The notes under the pieces were generated by a model that was not told the origin of the DNA, searched no databases, and worked only from the letters and a program-made list of their open reading frames with translations. Position numbers and translations under genes: made by a program. Positions 1 through 16,504 of a DNA stretch of 64,000 nt are shown piece after piece (position 1 is the first letter of the stretch; each line of letters starts with the position of its first letter). This DNA comes from the human T2T-CHM13v2.0 reference genome, Homo sapiens: assembly GCF_009914755.1 (NCBI RefSeq), contig NC_060947.1. One strand, given 5' to 3'.

Positions 1-1
<1 letters not shown>

Positions 2-50
<49 letters not shown>
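2..50. repeat. (CA)n microsatellite
   Basis: Uninterrupted AC run at the window start. Confidence 0.98.
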
Positions 51-52
<2 letters not shown>

Positions 53-779
53 TACATATATAGCTCTGTGTGTGGGTTGTGTGTAGTGCTTGTCACCATG
101 CCTAGAACATAGTAATCCTTCAATGAACAGATGAACATTAGGTATTGTTCTTCTGGAAAGCAAGTTTTTATTCTATCTATAGCACTGGAATCAGAAGATA
201 TGTGCCTGACTCCTCACTTACTCACTTGCTAGAGAAGGGAATGACAAAAGCAAGCTAGCATTTATTGAAAGTTAACCAATAAGTTGAGTGATTGATTGAT
301 TGATTAATTGGTTAGCACTCCCTTTCATTTTATTGGTTAACTCAGAAAACATTTTTGAAGCAACTACAATGCATGAGGATGCTATTCTGAATATTGTGAC
401 TAAATAATTGAATCAATCAGACAAAAATCCACACACTCATGAATTTATATACTTGTTTATTCATCATAAAACCTTATAAGGGTGCAATATAATCCATGTT
501 TCACAAATAAGCAAAATTGAGGCACAAATTGTTGGCCTGAGAAGCCTCTTCCCCATGGGCCTGCGATTCCCCACACACAACTAGAGACAATAGGCTGCAG
601 GGGGCACTTGAGATTCCACCATAAGTAACCAGCTCAAATGCTTCTTTGTCCTGTGGGTCTGAGATTATTTTCCCCCACATAGGAACAGGTGGCTGGGGTA
701 TACTGGCAAGTGGTATCCTACTAATAACAAGTGGTCGAGCATGGGAAATGTTCTTTGACTCTACAACTCAGACACTTCT

Positions 780-2510
780 TTATGCCGACCTAAATGGACC
801 AAGTGACCTGGCCCAGGAAATCGTCTATACCTGAGGCAGCACAAGATAAACCCCGCAGACCAAAAATCACACTACAAAGGTTCTGGAAATTAAATAGCCT
901 TTAGAACTGCAGCTCACAAACGTAGGCCAAAACCTGTATGCTAAACATAAACAGATGACTGCCTGCTAAAGTAAAAGTTTAAATAGGACCCTGAGTCTCC
1001 TGACATAATTGACAAAATGTCCAGAACACAACGAAAAACCACCCATGATAATAAGAATAAGGAAAATCACAACATGAATGAGAAAAGTCAATTAACTGAC
1101 AGCAACTCTTAGATAAAGCAGATGTTGGAATGATTGAACAAGGATTCTAAAGCACCCATAATAAAAATGTTTTAAAAAACAATTTAAAATTCTCTTAAAA
1201 ATAGAAAATCTCATCAAAGAAACAGAAGTTTTTTTTAAATAAACAGATGGTAATTATTAAAAATAAAATGACAGAAATTTTAAAAATTCACTGGATGGGC
1301 TTAGTAGTAGAGAAGAGACAGATGATAGAATCAGTGAACTTGAGGACAGAACAACAGAATTTATGCAATATGAACAACAGGGAGAAAATGACAAAATAAA
1401 ATGAACAAAGCCTCAAGAACCTATGAGACTATAACAAAATATAGAAAAATCATATTGTCAGAATCTTATGAAAAGAAAATTTTTTAAATGTTTATCTAAA
1501 AATATTTTCAAACAAATTGGAAGAAAACTTCACAAATTTGGTAAAAGACCTACAAGTTAAAGAGGATGAACAGATCCCAAACAGAAAAAAATCCAAAGTA
1601 ATGCACACCAATACACATCATAATAAAACTTCTGAAAACTAAAAAAAATATATTGAAAATAGCCAAGAATAAATGGCATTACCTATAGAAAAACACCCAT
1701 TCAAATGATACGACAGTGGGTTTCTGTCAGAAGCCATGGAAGCCAAGAAGGAAGTATTACATTTTTCAAGTACTGAAATAAAAAAACTGTCAACTGCAAA
1801 TTTATATCCAGTGAAAGTATCCCCAGAAATGAAGGGACATAAAAACATTCTCAGGCAAAGGAAAACTAACAGAATGAGTTGCTAGTAGGCCTACCCTTAA
1901 ATAATTCTAAAGAGAGTTCATAAAACACAAATGAAATGATTTAAGAAAGAGTGGAAGTGATAAAAGAAGAAATCTTGGAGCATCAGGAAGGAAGGAACAC
2001 TGGGAAAGAAAAAATATGGTTGTATAAAATGTACTATCTTTCTCTTCATACATTTTATAAATCATAGTAGATGACTAAAACAAATTTAACAAAAATTATA
2101 TCTGATATTCGTGACAATGATATTTAAAAGTGGGGAAAGTAAAGGAATCTAAATGGAACAGATATTTCAATACTTCACTTGAAATGGCAAAATGTTGATA
2201 CCAGCTGACATTGAAAAAGTAACGTGTTAGTTTTTCATGTAATACTCAGAACCACCTCTAAAAAAATGATACAAAGAGACACACTCAAAAACACTACAAA
2301 TAAATCATGATGGAATCCTAAATAAAATGTTCATGGAACCCACAGGAAGGCAAGAAAAGACAAATAGAGGGACAAAAGAAACAGAGAAAACAAACACAAA
2401 AAGAATAAAATGTTAGGTTTAAATCTTAAAATATCAAAGATTATTTAAACATAAATGTTCTAAGTAAGCCAATTAAAAGACAGGGATTGGCATAGTGAAA
2501 TAAAACCAAA
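780..2510 (+). mobile_element. Ancient L1M (L1MC/ME-type) 5'/ORF1 and inter-ORF relic
   Basis: A-rich degenerate L1 ORF1 motifs such as aatcagtgaacttgaggacaga and aaaactgtcaactgcaaattttatatccagtgaaa. Confidence 0.7.
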
Positions 2511-3619
2511 GACTATCAAATTGTACTCAATAAAAATTAAATAAATGAATAATTTTTAATAAATTAAGGAGCAAATTATCATTAAAAATTTATTGAGAAT
2601 TCTCCTTCATAATTAGGAGGCAAAGGAAGTTCTTTCAAATCATTAAGGTGCAAAATTTCTTTTGCTATTAACCACTTTTATAGCCAGAAAACATTGATAT
2701 TCTTGATTTTGCCATGGTAGCACAATGCTGATCCAAAATTTTGATGCTGATAGTGTTACAATAATAATTATTTGTTTTAGTTAAAATACTAACTTATACA
2801 ACATAAAAGGGTATTTACCTTAAAACTATAATCAAGAATGGTTTATACTGGGAATGCAGGATATTTAAATTTTAGGAATTTATTAATACATGTCATCAAA
2901 TTAATACATCAAAGGGAAAATATATTTACAAATCAACAGATGATACTAAAATGAAACAAAATTTAAAAGCATTTCTGGTTTTTAAATACAAATATACTTA
3001 CATTTTAAACGATTTTTAAAATACTCTGTTATCTACTATATGTCTGTCTACTTAGGTTCCTTATGTGAGTAGACAAAGAACAATACATAATGAATAGAAA
3101 GAATAGAAAGAGAAACAATCAGAAATAGATCACAAAATTGGAAAGGCAAATGGGCAAATAAACACAGTAAAGTTGGTACATTTCCCCTATCAAATAGATA
3201 AAAAGTAAAACCAAAATTCTCATAAAGTCCTCATAAATTAGTAATTACTGTTAAAAGGAAGGCATAAAATTAATAGATCATGAAAATATCTATTATTCAT
3301 TTGCGTTTAGGCTTCTGGGACATGGGAATTTGTTGTGGGAAGTCAGGGACCCCGAACAGAGGGCCACAACAGGAATTCTATGCACTGTTGAAAATAAATG
3401 TAATGGTAATAGAAATTAGTATAAACAAAATTCAGAAGTGTTATCTGCTGATATATTTCAAGAGTCTTAAAATCGTACGCATTATTTAGCTTGGCAATTA
3501 TACATCAAGAAAAATGTCCTGAGGAAATGGTGTTAATTTTCTGCAATGATTTATTTACAGTGATGTTTATAATTCATGAGTAAAATTTAAAAGTAAATAA
3601 AAGTTACTTTAAAAAAGGC

Positions 3620-4165
3620 TATCAGATGCTTCTAGCTGCTTATTCAAACAATTGCCCCTCTTCTTCCTTACTATAAAAACACTGATTTCATTCTAGGTGG
3701 CATGAAGACTAGCCTCCAGAACGGATTCTTGATTGGTCTTAATCACACAATCCCATTCTCATTGGCCAGATACTTATTTCCCAGTCTCTATTCCAGCTAA
3801 AGATAGCTACATCACCCAGTTCTGGACCATAAGATATAAGGAAAAATCTGTTGGACAGCTTCTGGGAAAAGACTTCTTCCCTACAAAAGGCAAGCTATTT
3901 TGACCTTGCCCCTGATTCCTGACTTTGACTATTGTATGGAGATATGATGCTTTGAGTTTTGCAATCATGAGGCCACAATGAGAACAAAACAGCAAGATGT
4001 CCAATATGAAGGATGAAAAGAGGCTGAGTCCTTGATAACATTGCTGATCTGCCCAACAAGCAAAAAGGTTGCCTGTCTCCAGACTTCATTACATAAATAA
4101 ATATACTTATGGTTCATGTCATGGTTAAATTTTATGTTACTTTCAACTTACTACATCCTAATTGA
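3620..4165 (+). mobile_element. MLT1-type MaLR LTR relic
   Basis: Typical MLT1 body and end (ctgagtccttgataacattgctga...ctccagacttcattacat...ttatgttactt). Confidence 0.6.
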
Positions 4166-4499
4166 TTCTGAGGTGAAATAATTTGCCCAGAGCAAAGATG
4201 GGACTCATGCCCATGTGTATCTGGCTCTAAAGCTTATATGTATTACACATATATAAGCTTTAATATCTATTTTAATGTCCAGCATGACCTTACCTCTGGC
4301 GATCTTTCCTTGGTACTGGGATCCTTTATCAACCATGTGGGTACCCCACTGTGGGACATAATGCCATGTGTAAAAACTTAGAATTAGTGCTTGTATCTCT
4401 TGATATCCCTGCGCCTTATTCTCTTCATTTTTTAAAATACAAAGGTAGGAATAAAGTGGGCTAGATAATTATTATGTTGTTTTCCAGCCACAGATTCCT

Positions 4500-4995
4500 A
4501 TAACTTTCCAACCCAAAACCCTCCAAAGAGCTCCTAATGCACTTAGAGAAAGATGAAAATTTCTCATAGACCTCAAGCTGCTATCTGGTCTGGTCTATAC
4601 TTCTCTCTCTGACCTCTTTGTGTACTACCCTCCCTCTCATTCACCATACACCCATTGCACTACCTTCCTCCTTTTCCTTCAAAATGCCTAGTTCATTTTC
4701 ACCTTGGGACTCTGCACTAGTATCCTCTCCCCAGAGGCTGTCTCCTTAGGGAGACCTTTCCTTGTTTCATAATCTGAAGTAGCCACCCAGTCACCCTAAT
4801 TTGATTCTTCTCATATCTTCATATCCAGATTCTTCATTTATCTCTGTATGTGTCTCAATTATTATTTTTTCACTAATAATAGAAGGTAAGGTCCATGAAG
4901 GCAAATATTTTTGTTTGTTCTGCCATATCCATGGTGTCTACAACCATGCCTGCCACTCTGCAAGTGTTCAATAAGCAACTGCTGAATAAACAAAA
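4500..4995 (+). mobile_element. L2 3' fragment
   Basis: Ends in a degenerate L2 tail (gtgttcaataagcaactgctgaataaa). Confidence 0.6.
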
Positions 4996-5668
4996 ATTGC
5001 ATAAAATAGAGTGTGAATATGCAGAAACCATCTGCTAGCTGCTTGCTTCTGGCCTCTGTAGCCCCAGCTGCAGCCAAAATTTAATACCACCCCCAAGTTC
5101 AGGGACCTACAAGGGACCTGAGGAAAGAACAATTAAGCAGATCCAGGCTTGAAACAAGTAAGTTACATAAAGTCTCTGCCTTGCTGGTCATTTTATTCTG
5201 ATCCTTATCTTTAATTGGGATTTTAGACCCTCCGTGGTTCCCTATCCCTATATTCTCCATTGCACAGCTTCCTCAGTAGCGCAGACCCTCTAGAACAGAG
5301 GTCTTCTTGGCTCTTCTCTCTTTCTCATTCCTAAGACCTGATATCTGGCTCTTGAACACCATGTGGTTGGGCCTTGCTTTAGATGACAGATTACCCTAAT
5401 GCTGAACAGTCCTCATGGGTCTCTGCATTACACATCTATTCTTGAAATACTCTGTTATCTCATGGAAACTTCCCTTGACCTTGATCCTGCTAGGCTGACT
5501 TCATGCTGGAATCATGACTGCTATTGCATACTCTGTGGATCCCAGGTTTTACCCGCTGAACTGGATCAGTCATAAGTAGGGCTGACTCCCCTAATCTTGG
5601 CCTCTTTCAGTTGCCGGGCTGGTTCCTAAGATGCAACAGAAATAAGTGTACTGAATAGGATAACTTAC

Positions 5669-5755
5669 CTTGGATAGCTCCTGTCCAGGACCACACCGTT
5701 GGCAGGTGACACACCGTCCCCATTGGTCCCAGTACTCATTTTCTTGGCAATCCAT
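5669..5755 (-). CDS. EDA2R: EDA2R (XEDAR/TNFRSF27) first coding exon, codons 1-29, start of the first TNFR cysteine-rich domain
   Basis: 87 nt translate to MDCQENEYWDQWGRCVTCQRCGPGQELSK, the recognised EDA2R N-terminus. Strong Kozak context (CCCACCATGG) and a phase-0 donor AAG|GTAAGT at 5669/5668. Later exons lie left of this window. Confidence 0.97.
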
Positions 5756-5765
5756 GGTGGGAAGG
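5669..5765 (-). other. EDA2R: EDA2R exon 2 (10 nt 5'UTR + 87 nt CDS) with splice sites
   Basis: Minus-strand acceptor TTGTGTTCTCTACCCACAG|CCTTCCCACCATG (AG at 5767-5766) and donor GTAAGT at 5668-5663. Confidence 0.9.
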
Positions 5766-5899
5766 CTGTGGGTAGAGAACACAAGAACTAGCAAGCTAGT
5801 GGGAAGGGACTATAAGTAGTGGCTTCCATGCCACTTGGCTTCTGGGTCCCCTTAATCTATTCTCTAGATCTGAGATAGTAGGGACGAGGAAGCCAACAC

Positions 5900-6690
5900 A
5901 AAAGAGTTAATGCTTATGTAGCTCTGACCATGTGCCATGAGTTCTTGTAAATGCTTTGCATGTAGTAACTCATTCCATTCTCAAGACAATCATATTAAGA
6001 ATTATTGTTAGCAACATTTTACAGATGAAGAAACTGAGGCAAAGAGACCAAGCAATTTGCTCAAATTCACAGTCAGTGGCTATACCAGGAGCTGAATTTG
6101 TAAAGAGAGTAATAAGACAAGGAGTTGGCTTCTGCCCAGGGGGTAAAGAATAATCACAATCCCTCATGTGTGAACAGATCATAACAATTTAGAAAGTACT
6201 TTCACATCTATTATTATTTGATCTACACAACATCCATGTGAGGTAAGCATTATAGAGATTGTCATCTTTATTTTATAACTGAAAAAGCTGAAACATTGTT
6301 TCTCTTTGCCAACAGTGGCCTCAGTACCTCTGAGGACCAATACCTGCCATAGCTTCTGTCTTAGGCAGAATGGGAGGGGAGAATAACCCAGAATGTAGAC
6401 ATATTTTGGTGCACAAAGGTGCACAGATAGGGAAACATTACTCAGATAATAGTTCTTGGAATACAGATGCATATAGCAGTAGAGCTAGCATTGAAGTGGG
6501 ATGGCTGTTCACCAAGCCTGGCTCTTACCCTTTCAATCTACAATCTGGGATGGATCACTTTATCTTTTCTGGCCTCGGTTACTTAATCTAAGAAAAAGGG
6601 ATAGAATGTTCTTCACCTATTGTATATAGCTCTTGGGAGGGTTAAAGGAGCTAAGGTCCATCAAACCATTCTAAAGAGCTATACAAAATA
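5900..6690. mobile_element. Cluster of MIR fragments
   Basis: MIR core attttacagatgaagaaactgaggc near 6015-6040, with further degenerate cores near 6230-6290 and 6520-6660. Confidence 0.65.
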
Positions 6691-7508
6691 AGACAGAGTT
6701 AAGTATGCAGAAAGGTTGTCTTCTACAAAGAGGAATTTTAATGAAGGGGCTAAAGTAATTCATAAATGGGGCTTATCCTACTCAAAGAGAAAGGTAGCAT
6801 GAGGTTCTTTACTTACTCATGACTTCATACTAGGGTGAATTTCAAGTGGTTTCTAAAAGTGCCAAAGTCCTAAATGTGTACTCTTAGTCAGAAGAGACGA
6901 GAGTGTACATGTGTACCTTGAGAGGCCACCACTCCTCCACTCAAAGTTCCCCAAAAGCGACAGGTTAAGTCATTCTAAATGGCATTCCATAAGTGCACCT
7001 TTTTTTCATCATCAACTGGGCCATTCTTTCCCATTCCTTCATTCAAAGGAAAGTGGGCTACAAGATCCATGCTTGCATAAGATAAACATACTGTCTTCTG
7101 TGCTGATTTGATTGCTGGCCCATGGTGTTGGCCTCAGTAGGCATGCTTCCCTCCCCTTGCCATGCACTCTTCTCCTTGAGAACAGAAAACTTCAGTATTC
7201 TCATAGCCTTCATGACCAGGAAGTTAAGCACCACAGTAACAGGGCCAGGAAACTGCTCTGGACAACTTTCTCATATCCCTTTTTGCCCACAAAACAGAAA
7301 AACATTGGCAGGAACCAAGAAGTAGCCCTCTTTTTGAGCTAAGTTCCCAACATAGGCGTTTAAAATCTCCATGACAACTGCTGCTGGCATTTGAGGGTCT
7401 GAGACATCCTATTTCATTTGGTTTCTAGAGCTCCACCCCCCTAATAAACATCATGTGTCCTAAACCCCAACATGTCTCTCTAACCATGGCTTTGAAACCT
7501 CTGTCTAG

Positions 7509-7964
<456 letters not shown>

Positions 7965-9589
7965 TAAATTATCTTTCATTCGACGCTTAACAAATTGACT
8001 TTATTAAAGAGAACAAAATTATAGATTCTGGACTCTTTTGAAGAGGTCAGGGCGTATGTGTAAAACTACCTAATAAGGGTTAAATGTCATTACCTAGGGA
8101 GAAAGTCAGACCTTATATGAATTTTTCCCTGTAATCAACAGTTTCCTGTAGCATATGTAACCGCCTTTTAAAAGAAAAAATAAGAAAGAATAATTATGTT
8201 TTCAGAAAATTATAGTTACTCTGAGGTATTCCATACTGCAGCTAGACACTCTTCCAAAGTATCACAAAGGATGTGGCTGAATCCTCTAAACTTCTGGCTA
8301 AGTTGGCAATATATACAGACCTATAAAGTTCCCAAGAGTAGAGACCACTGCATGCCCAGTGCCTAGCCCTGCACCTGGCACAGAGTGTGTACCTCAACAG
8401 TGCTTACTATTTGTTAGCTTATCAACATGCTACATTCCCTGGACTATGGTTAACTATGCATATGAATCTAGCAACATAGATCATTTCTCTTTAAGATAAT
8501 GACTTTCCAAACAATAGTAGTAACCTCACATCCATCAAAAAAAGAGCAAAGCTCTTAGTTAGGGACATGTAGACTTGAGTTTTAATTTTAATTCTGCATC
8601 CTCAAACAAATAGTTTTACCTTTGTCAGCATCAGTTTTTTCATCTGCAAAATGGATGTTTAAATAATATACTGCACAGTAATTTAGAAAATTAAATGCAA
8701 TAATACATATTAAGGGACCAAGTATAGGGCTTGATACATATGAGACGTTTGGTAATTAGCAGGTTCCCTTTCTTCTTTCCTCTTCAGAAGAGTGAGGTTT
8801 ATAGTAAAAGGAGTGCACATTTGTCATTTTTGGGATGTGTGGGGAAGAAAAAGGAAAGGCACCCAAGCTTCTTCATTGACCATTTCAGCTGGAGCATGAA
8901 GGCCATGTTTAAGATGGATGCCACTATAGCAGTTTCCTCCTCATTAATCGCAACCACCAGTGACCTGATGCTTAAGGAAAAGATTCTCCAAGATACCCTC
9001 AGTGCCTAAGCCACCTTGGCTAAAAGAAACATTGTTCTAAGTGTTTGCTGGATTTTTTTCATCAAGGCATTTCTGTATAGGATTAACTTGGTCAACAAAC
9101 GTTTGGAAACTTTTCCGAGACAATTGCCTTTGAAATGGAAGTGAAAAAGAAATAAAATCAGATTTGCAAATAAGTGAGGATGTTATTATGGACTTTATGA
9201 AATAGCACATGATTTTCCACAGAACAGTCCCTCTCACCTCCACAACCTAAGGTTATGGCTGCTCAAGAACATTTTTTTCACCCCAACTCTGACATGGGGT
9301 TGTGTTCTCTTTACATTACTGAGGGTTGGGGAGAGGAAGGGAAGTGGCAGATGCCTCTTGTCTCAATCCCATGGAGTATAACACATGATGAGGTTCTGAT
9401 TCTGCTAAAGCGCATCACCCACTCAGTTGTACTGTTTGTCAGCTACACCCTGAAATACTTCCTCCAACTTCCCAACTTGCCCAGAGAATATCTGATCTGT
9501 GTAACTCAGAAGTTACACAGATGAGGTAATGTGGAAGTGCTCTAAAAATTCATGTGGGTAACATGCTGGGATTTTTTGTCTGTTTCTGA

Positions 9590-10030
9590 TTGCAGTACAA
9601 CATATACATAGTAAGGAGCATAAAGATTAAATAAATTAATAAATTTTTACTGTGTACATGCCCATGTAAACACCACCCAAATAAATACACAGAACTTTTC
9701 TATTACCCCAGCAGGCTCCCTCACGCCCCTTCCCAGTCAATATCGACTCCTCCCCAGATAATTACAGCACTGGCTTCTATCACTACAATTAGTTATACCT
9801 GTCCTTGAAATTCACATAAATTTGAATCATACAAGATGCGCTCTTCTGTTTCTGGTTTCTCTTGATAACTATAATGTCTGTGATAGTTATCCATTATGTT
9901 TTGTGTAGCAACATTTGTTAATTACTATTGTTGTGTAGTATCCTATTGTATGGATATACCACAATTTATATATTTTTCTTGGCAAACATTGGACTGCTTT
10001 TAATTTGAGGCCATTATAAATTGAGTTGCT
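9590..10030 (-). mobile_element. Old L1M (ME/MC-type) 3' end
   Basis: Contains gtaaacaccacccaa...aggctccctcacgccccttcccagtcaa and appears to resume near 11735-11765. Confidence 0.65.
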
Positions 10031-10034
10031 ATAC

Positions 10035-11655
<1,621 letters not shown>

Positions 11656-12760
11656 GATGGTTCTTTAGCTTTATTTAATACTTTGAATTTATTATTCCAA
11701 TAGGATATTGCTTAAGTTAGCCCCCCAAAAAATGTTAAAGCTGCTATGAATATTTTTACACAGGCCTCCAAATATAATTTGATTCATCCAACTTCTCACC
11801 CAAACTTATCCAAGTATGTGTTGTATATACCTTGATTGTGTTTACAAGGGCCAACAAGTGGCAATATGACTAGAATTATTCCCTTATTTTGCCTGTCTGT
11901 CATGTGGCTGCTCTTCCCACCCATCTCCCTGTCCTGATTCCTCAAAAAATAATGTAGACGATTAAGAATGCAAGCAGACAGGGAAGAGGAGAAACAATAC
12001 AGCTGACATCAATAGTAATCCCCAAATTAGCTCATCATGCCCTGAATAATTGATGTTGGCCAAGTTTCTGCTGGATGTGAGGTACCCAGGCTGCTGGGGG
12101 TGCAGCTGCTCCTTGCTGCAGCTTGTGGCTGCTGCTCTTCTCAACTTGCACACATGCCTGTGGGGTGAAACATGCTCTCTCTATGTAGTATGGGTAGGCA
12201 GGAAAGAAGGACAAGTCTAAATTAAGAACTCAGTACTTCAGGATATTTGCTTTGCCTGGACAGTGCAGGAGGTGTGGGATTAAAAACGATGAAGAAGACA
12301 GCAGATGGTCTCCATGCCTTGCCCATTCCTCTACTGCGAGCCCATCTATCCACCCACATGCACAAGACAGAATCAAAGAAGTTGCTCAACGTAGCCTTGA
12401 GAACACTGCTTTCTTGAAAATCAAGCTTCTAAACTGTACAGTGCCATCATTTCCAGATGCCTGGCCTGTAATTCAAATGTTGCTTTACCTTTTGGTGTTG
12501 GCACTCAGCCTTTCCCTTTTCTGAACTGACCCAAGGCCACTTCTATCCAAGGTTTATCTTGTTTATAACCTCCTTCCAAACTATCAAACATCATATCTTC
12601 CTTCTGCCCCACTATTTGTAAAGTTTGCATTTCCTGTTTTAGCTCAGCATAGTGAATGGTCCTAGTCCCAGCTCTGCCATCAGGAGAATATCCCTTCCCA
12701 ATGCTGGAATCAAGTTCTCCATTCATACCACGAGGGAGTTGGTTTGGCTAATCTCTTAGA

Positions 12761-12935
12761 CCAGTGGTTCTCAGTCTTGGTTGCACCTTGGGAGTGCCAA
12801 AAAATAGTGACACCTGGGTCCCTCCCCTAAGATTCTGTTGTAGTTAGTCAAAAATGTGGCATGAGCACGCTACATTTTACAGTTCACCAAGTGATTCTCA
12901 TGTGCAGTCAATGTTGAAAATCACAGTTTTAAGGG
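12761..12935. mobile_element. MER5A-type hAT-Charlie MITE
   Basis: ccagtggttctca...gtgattctcatgtgcagtcaatgttgaaaatcac. Confidence 0.7.
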
Positions 12936-13109
12936 CTCTTTTCTTTTAGTTCTGACCTTGTCTGTTTCACCTGAAAATAAAATGCAGTCAGAAAAAAAGG
13001 TTTTTCTGTATCTCTCCCCCATATTCAGAGAGAATCTGTTGAGGGAGAAACCCAAGGTCTATCCATTTTTTTCTAGGGAGAATAGAAAATAAAGATAAAG
13101 GGGATAAAA

Positions 13110-13825
13110 CATGTTAGATCATGTCATTTCCAGCCTCAAAAGCCATTGATGGCTCCCTCTTTCACTCATAATATCACATAAGTCCTACACAGTTTTGGAT
13201 ATAACTTAAAAAATGAATGGGTATGTAAAAACATAAAATATACACAGTGATGTATGGCATATAATAAAGAGCTCATATTTTAAAAAATTAAGTTCTTATA
13301 ATGGCCAATAGAGACCTTAGATGATACGCCTACCTCAATTTCCCCCATTATTTATTGACCTTAAGTTCTACTACTCTTTTCCTTATTGTCTTCACTCCAC
13401 CCATGCTGGCCTCCTTGTTGAACTTCAAACTAACCAGAAATGCCTTCATCTTAAGGCCTTCACATCTGCTGTTCCCTCAAGCAGGAATGTTCTTCCCCAG
13501 ATACCTGCATGGCTACTTCCCTCATCTTCTTCAGTTCTTTGTTCATATACAGTCTTCTTAGTCAGGCTTCCCTGACCACTCTCTCAAATTTTCACCTTCT
13601 TTCCAGAATTCCTATCCCCGTTTCCAGTTTTATTCTTTTCCATAGCACATATGACCTTATGACATATCATAAATCTTATGTACTTTATTGCTTTTTCTTC
13701 CCCAGTTAGAATGTAAATGCTATGAGGCCATGGTACATATTGTGTTTGCTACTTCATCATCAGTGCTTACAATAGTGCCTGGCACACAGTAGGCATTAAA
13801 CAAATATTTGTTGAATGATAAAATG
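13110..13825 (+). mobile_element. L2 3' fragment
   Basis: Ends gtgcctggcacacagtaggcattaaacaaatatttgttgaatga. Confidence 0.8.
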
Positions 13826-13972
13826 GTGAAAATCTACAGAATACTGGGAATACTCTCCTGTCTGAGTAAAAGGTTTCATAGTTTATAAAGGATTTTACAT
13901 CGATTAGCTCAACAGATCACCATCACATCCCTAGGAGGAAGCTAGGGATTGTTATCAAAAATTAATAAATTT

Positions 13973-14280
13973 GGGCAGGTGCAGTGGCTCCCGCCTGGAA
14001 TACCGGCCCTTTCAGAGGCCTAGATGGGTAGATCACATGAGGTCAGGAGTTCAAGACCAGCCTAGCCAACAAGATGAAACCTCAATTCTACTAAAAATAC
14101 AAAATTGAGCTAGGTGTGGTTGCATGCACCTGTAATTCCATCTACTTGGGAGACTGAGGTACAAGAATTGCTTGAACCCAGGAGGCTGAGTTTGCTGTAA
14201 ACCAAGATTGTGCCACTGCACTCCAGCCTGGGCAACAGAGCAAGACTCTGTCTCAAATAAATAAATGAATAAATACATTA
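13973..14280 (+). mobile_element. Diverged Alu (older S or J)
   Basis: Full dimer with a (TAAA)n tail. Confidence 0.9.
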
Positions 14281-16504
14281 AAGAAGAAGATCACATGATG
14301 AGGAAGGAACAGACAGATCTGAGATCTTGCTCAAGATCTCAGTAAAGAAGTAGAGCTGGGGGATCATCATGGCAGACGGGAGGCAGGACTAGATTGCAAT
14401 TCCAACTCAGATGGACAGAGCAGTGTGAGGAGGTTTGCATCGTGCATTTTAGCTCCAGGACGACTGCAAGAACAAACCAGGGATCTCGAGAGGACCTACA
14501 GACACTCTTAGGAAGTGGACTGCTCCTGCAGGACCCAGGAGACACTCCAAATACTTTGAGCACTCCAACAGCAGAAGTGGGAAAGGGAGATCCTCCATTC
14601 CTTAACACACACCCACACTGGGGAAACACTTAACACACTGGGGAAACACACTGGGGAAAGTCTAATTTGCAGGAGAAGTTTCTGACTTTACCTGGAGCTG
14701 AGTCAATTTAGAGAGCTGAGCAAAATACAGGGGTAGAGGAAGCAGCGGGAAAAGCCCCGGGAGTTTGCTGGGTCCCCAAGCAGGCCTGGAACCACAGGGA
14801 ACCTTCAGAAGGGTCGCCAGAGGCACAGGGGAAAATGCCACGGGGAAAAGGAAGTCTCCAGCTGAACTTTGTAACAATTTGAACCAGAAGAGAAGCATCC
14901 TGGCCAGAACTTGGGGTAGGGCATGAATCTGGTGTGGAGACTCTAAAGGAGTGGGAAGAACCAAAGCCCTTTTCTTTCACAGCTGGGAGGTGGGTAACCT
15001 GGGGCAGGTTCTCAAGCCCTACTCACCCATTGCCTGGAAACAGACTTGGGACTGTTATGGGAGCACAGTGGGAGTGAGACTGGCCCTTTGGATTGCATGG
15101 GAGCTGGGTGAGGCCTGTGACTGCCAGCTTTGACCCACTTCCCTGACCACCTGCATGACTCAGCAGAAGCAGCCATAATCCTCCTAGGTACACAACTCCA
15201 TGGATCTGGGAACCTCACCCCCACCCACACAGCAGCCACAGCAAGACCTATCCAAGGAGAGTCTGAGCTCAGACATGCTTAGCTCTACCCCCACCTGATG
15301 GGCCTTCCCTACCCACCATGGTAGCTGAAGACAAAGGGCATATACTCTTGGGAGTTCTAGGGCCCCGTGTACTACTGGTTCCTCTCCATACTACCAAAGC
15401 TGATGCTCTCTGAAAAGCACCACCTCCTGGCAGGAGGCCAACCACCACAAAAATAGAACATTAAACCACCAAAGCTAAGAACTGTCACAGAGAACATTTC
15501 ATCCCTTGACACCTCCACCGGAACAGGTGCTGGTATCTACAGCTGATAGACCAATAGATGGTTCACATCACAGGACTCTGTGCAGACAACCCCCAGTACC
15601 AGCCCAAAGCCGGATAGACTTGGTGGGTGGCTAGACTCAGAAGAGATATAAAAATCACTGCTGCTTGGCTCACAGGAAGCCACATCCATAGGTAAAGGGG
15701 GAGAGTACTACATCAAGGGAACACCCCATGGGACAAAAGAATCTGAACAACAGCCTTCAGCCCTAGACCTTCCCACTGACAGAGCCTACGCAAATGAGAA
15801 AGAACCAAAAAAACAACTCTGGTAATATGAAAAAACAAGGCTCTTTAACACCCCCCAAAAATCACACTAGCTCACCAGCAATGGATCCAAACCAAGATAA
15901 AATCTCTGATTTACCTGAAAAAGAATTCAGGAGATTAGTTATTAAGCGAATCAGGGAGGCAACAGAGAAAGGTGAAGCCCAATGCAAGGAAATCTAAAAA
16001 ATGATACAAGAAGTGAAGGGAGAAATATTCAAGGAAATAGATACCATAAAGAAAAAACAATAAAAACTTCAGGAAACAATGGACAAACTTTTAGAAATGC
16101 AAAATGCTCTGGAAAGTTCAGCAATAGAATTGAACAAATAGAAGAAAGAAATTCACGACTCAAAGACAAGGTCTTCAAATTAACCCAATCCAACAAAGAC
16201 AAAGAAAAAACAGAATAAGAAAATATGAACAAAGACTCCAAGAAGTCTGGGATTATATTAAACAATGAAACCTAAGAATAATCAGTGTTTCTGAGGAAGA
16301 AGAGAAATCTAAAATTTTGGAAAACATATTTGTGGCAATAACAGAAAAACTTCCCTGGCCTTGGTAGAGATCTAGACATCCAAATACAAGAAGCACAAAG
16401 AACACCTGGGAAATTCATCTCAAAAAAAATCATTGCCTAGGCACATTGTCTTCAGGTTATCTAAAGTTAACACAAAGGAAAGAATCTTAAGATCTGTGAG
16501 ACTG

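Noticed and set aside
5591-5794. 67-aa ORF as a single-exon protein, with a signal-peptide-like LLVLVF upstream of MDCQ
   Set aside because: It starts at TTG within the intron, has an in-frame TAG at 5812-5810, and its hydrophobic codons coincide with the polypyrimidine tract. The C-terminal part reads through the GTAAGT donor. Only 5669-5755 is supported as coding.
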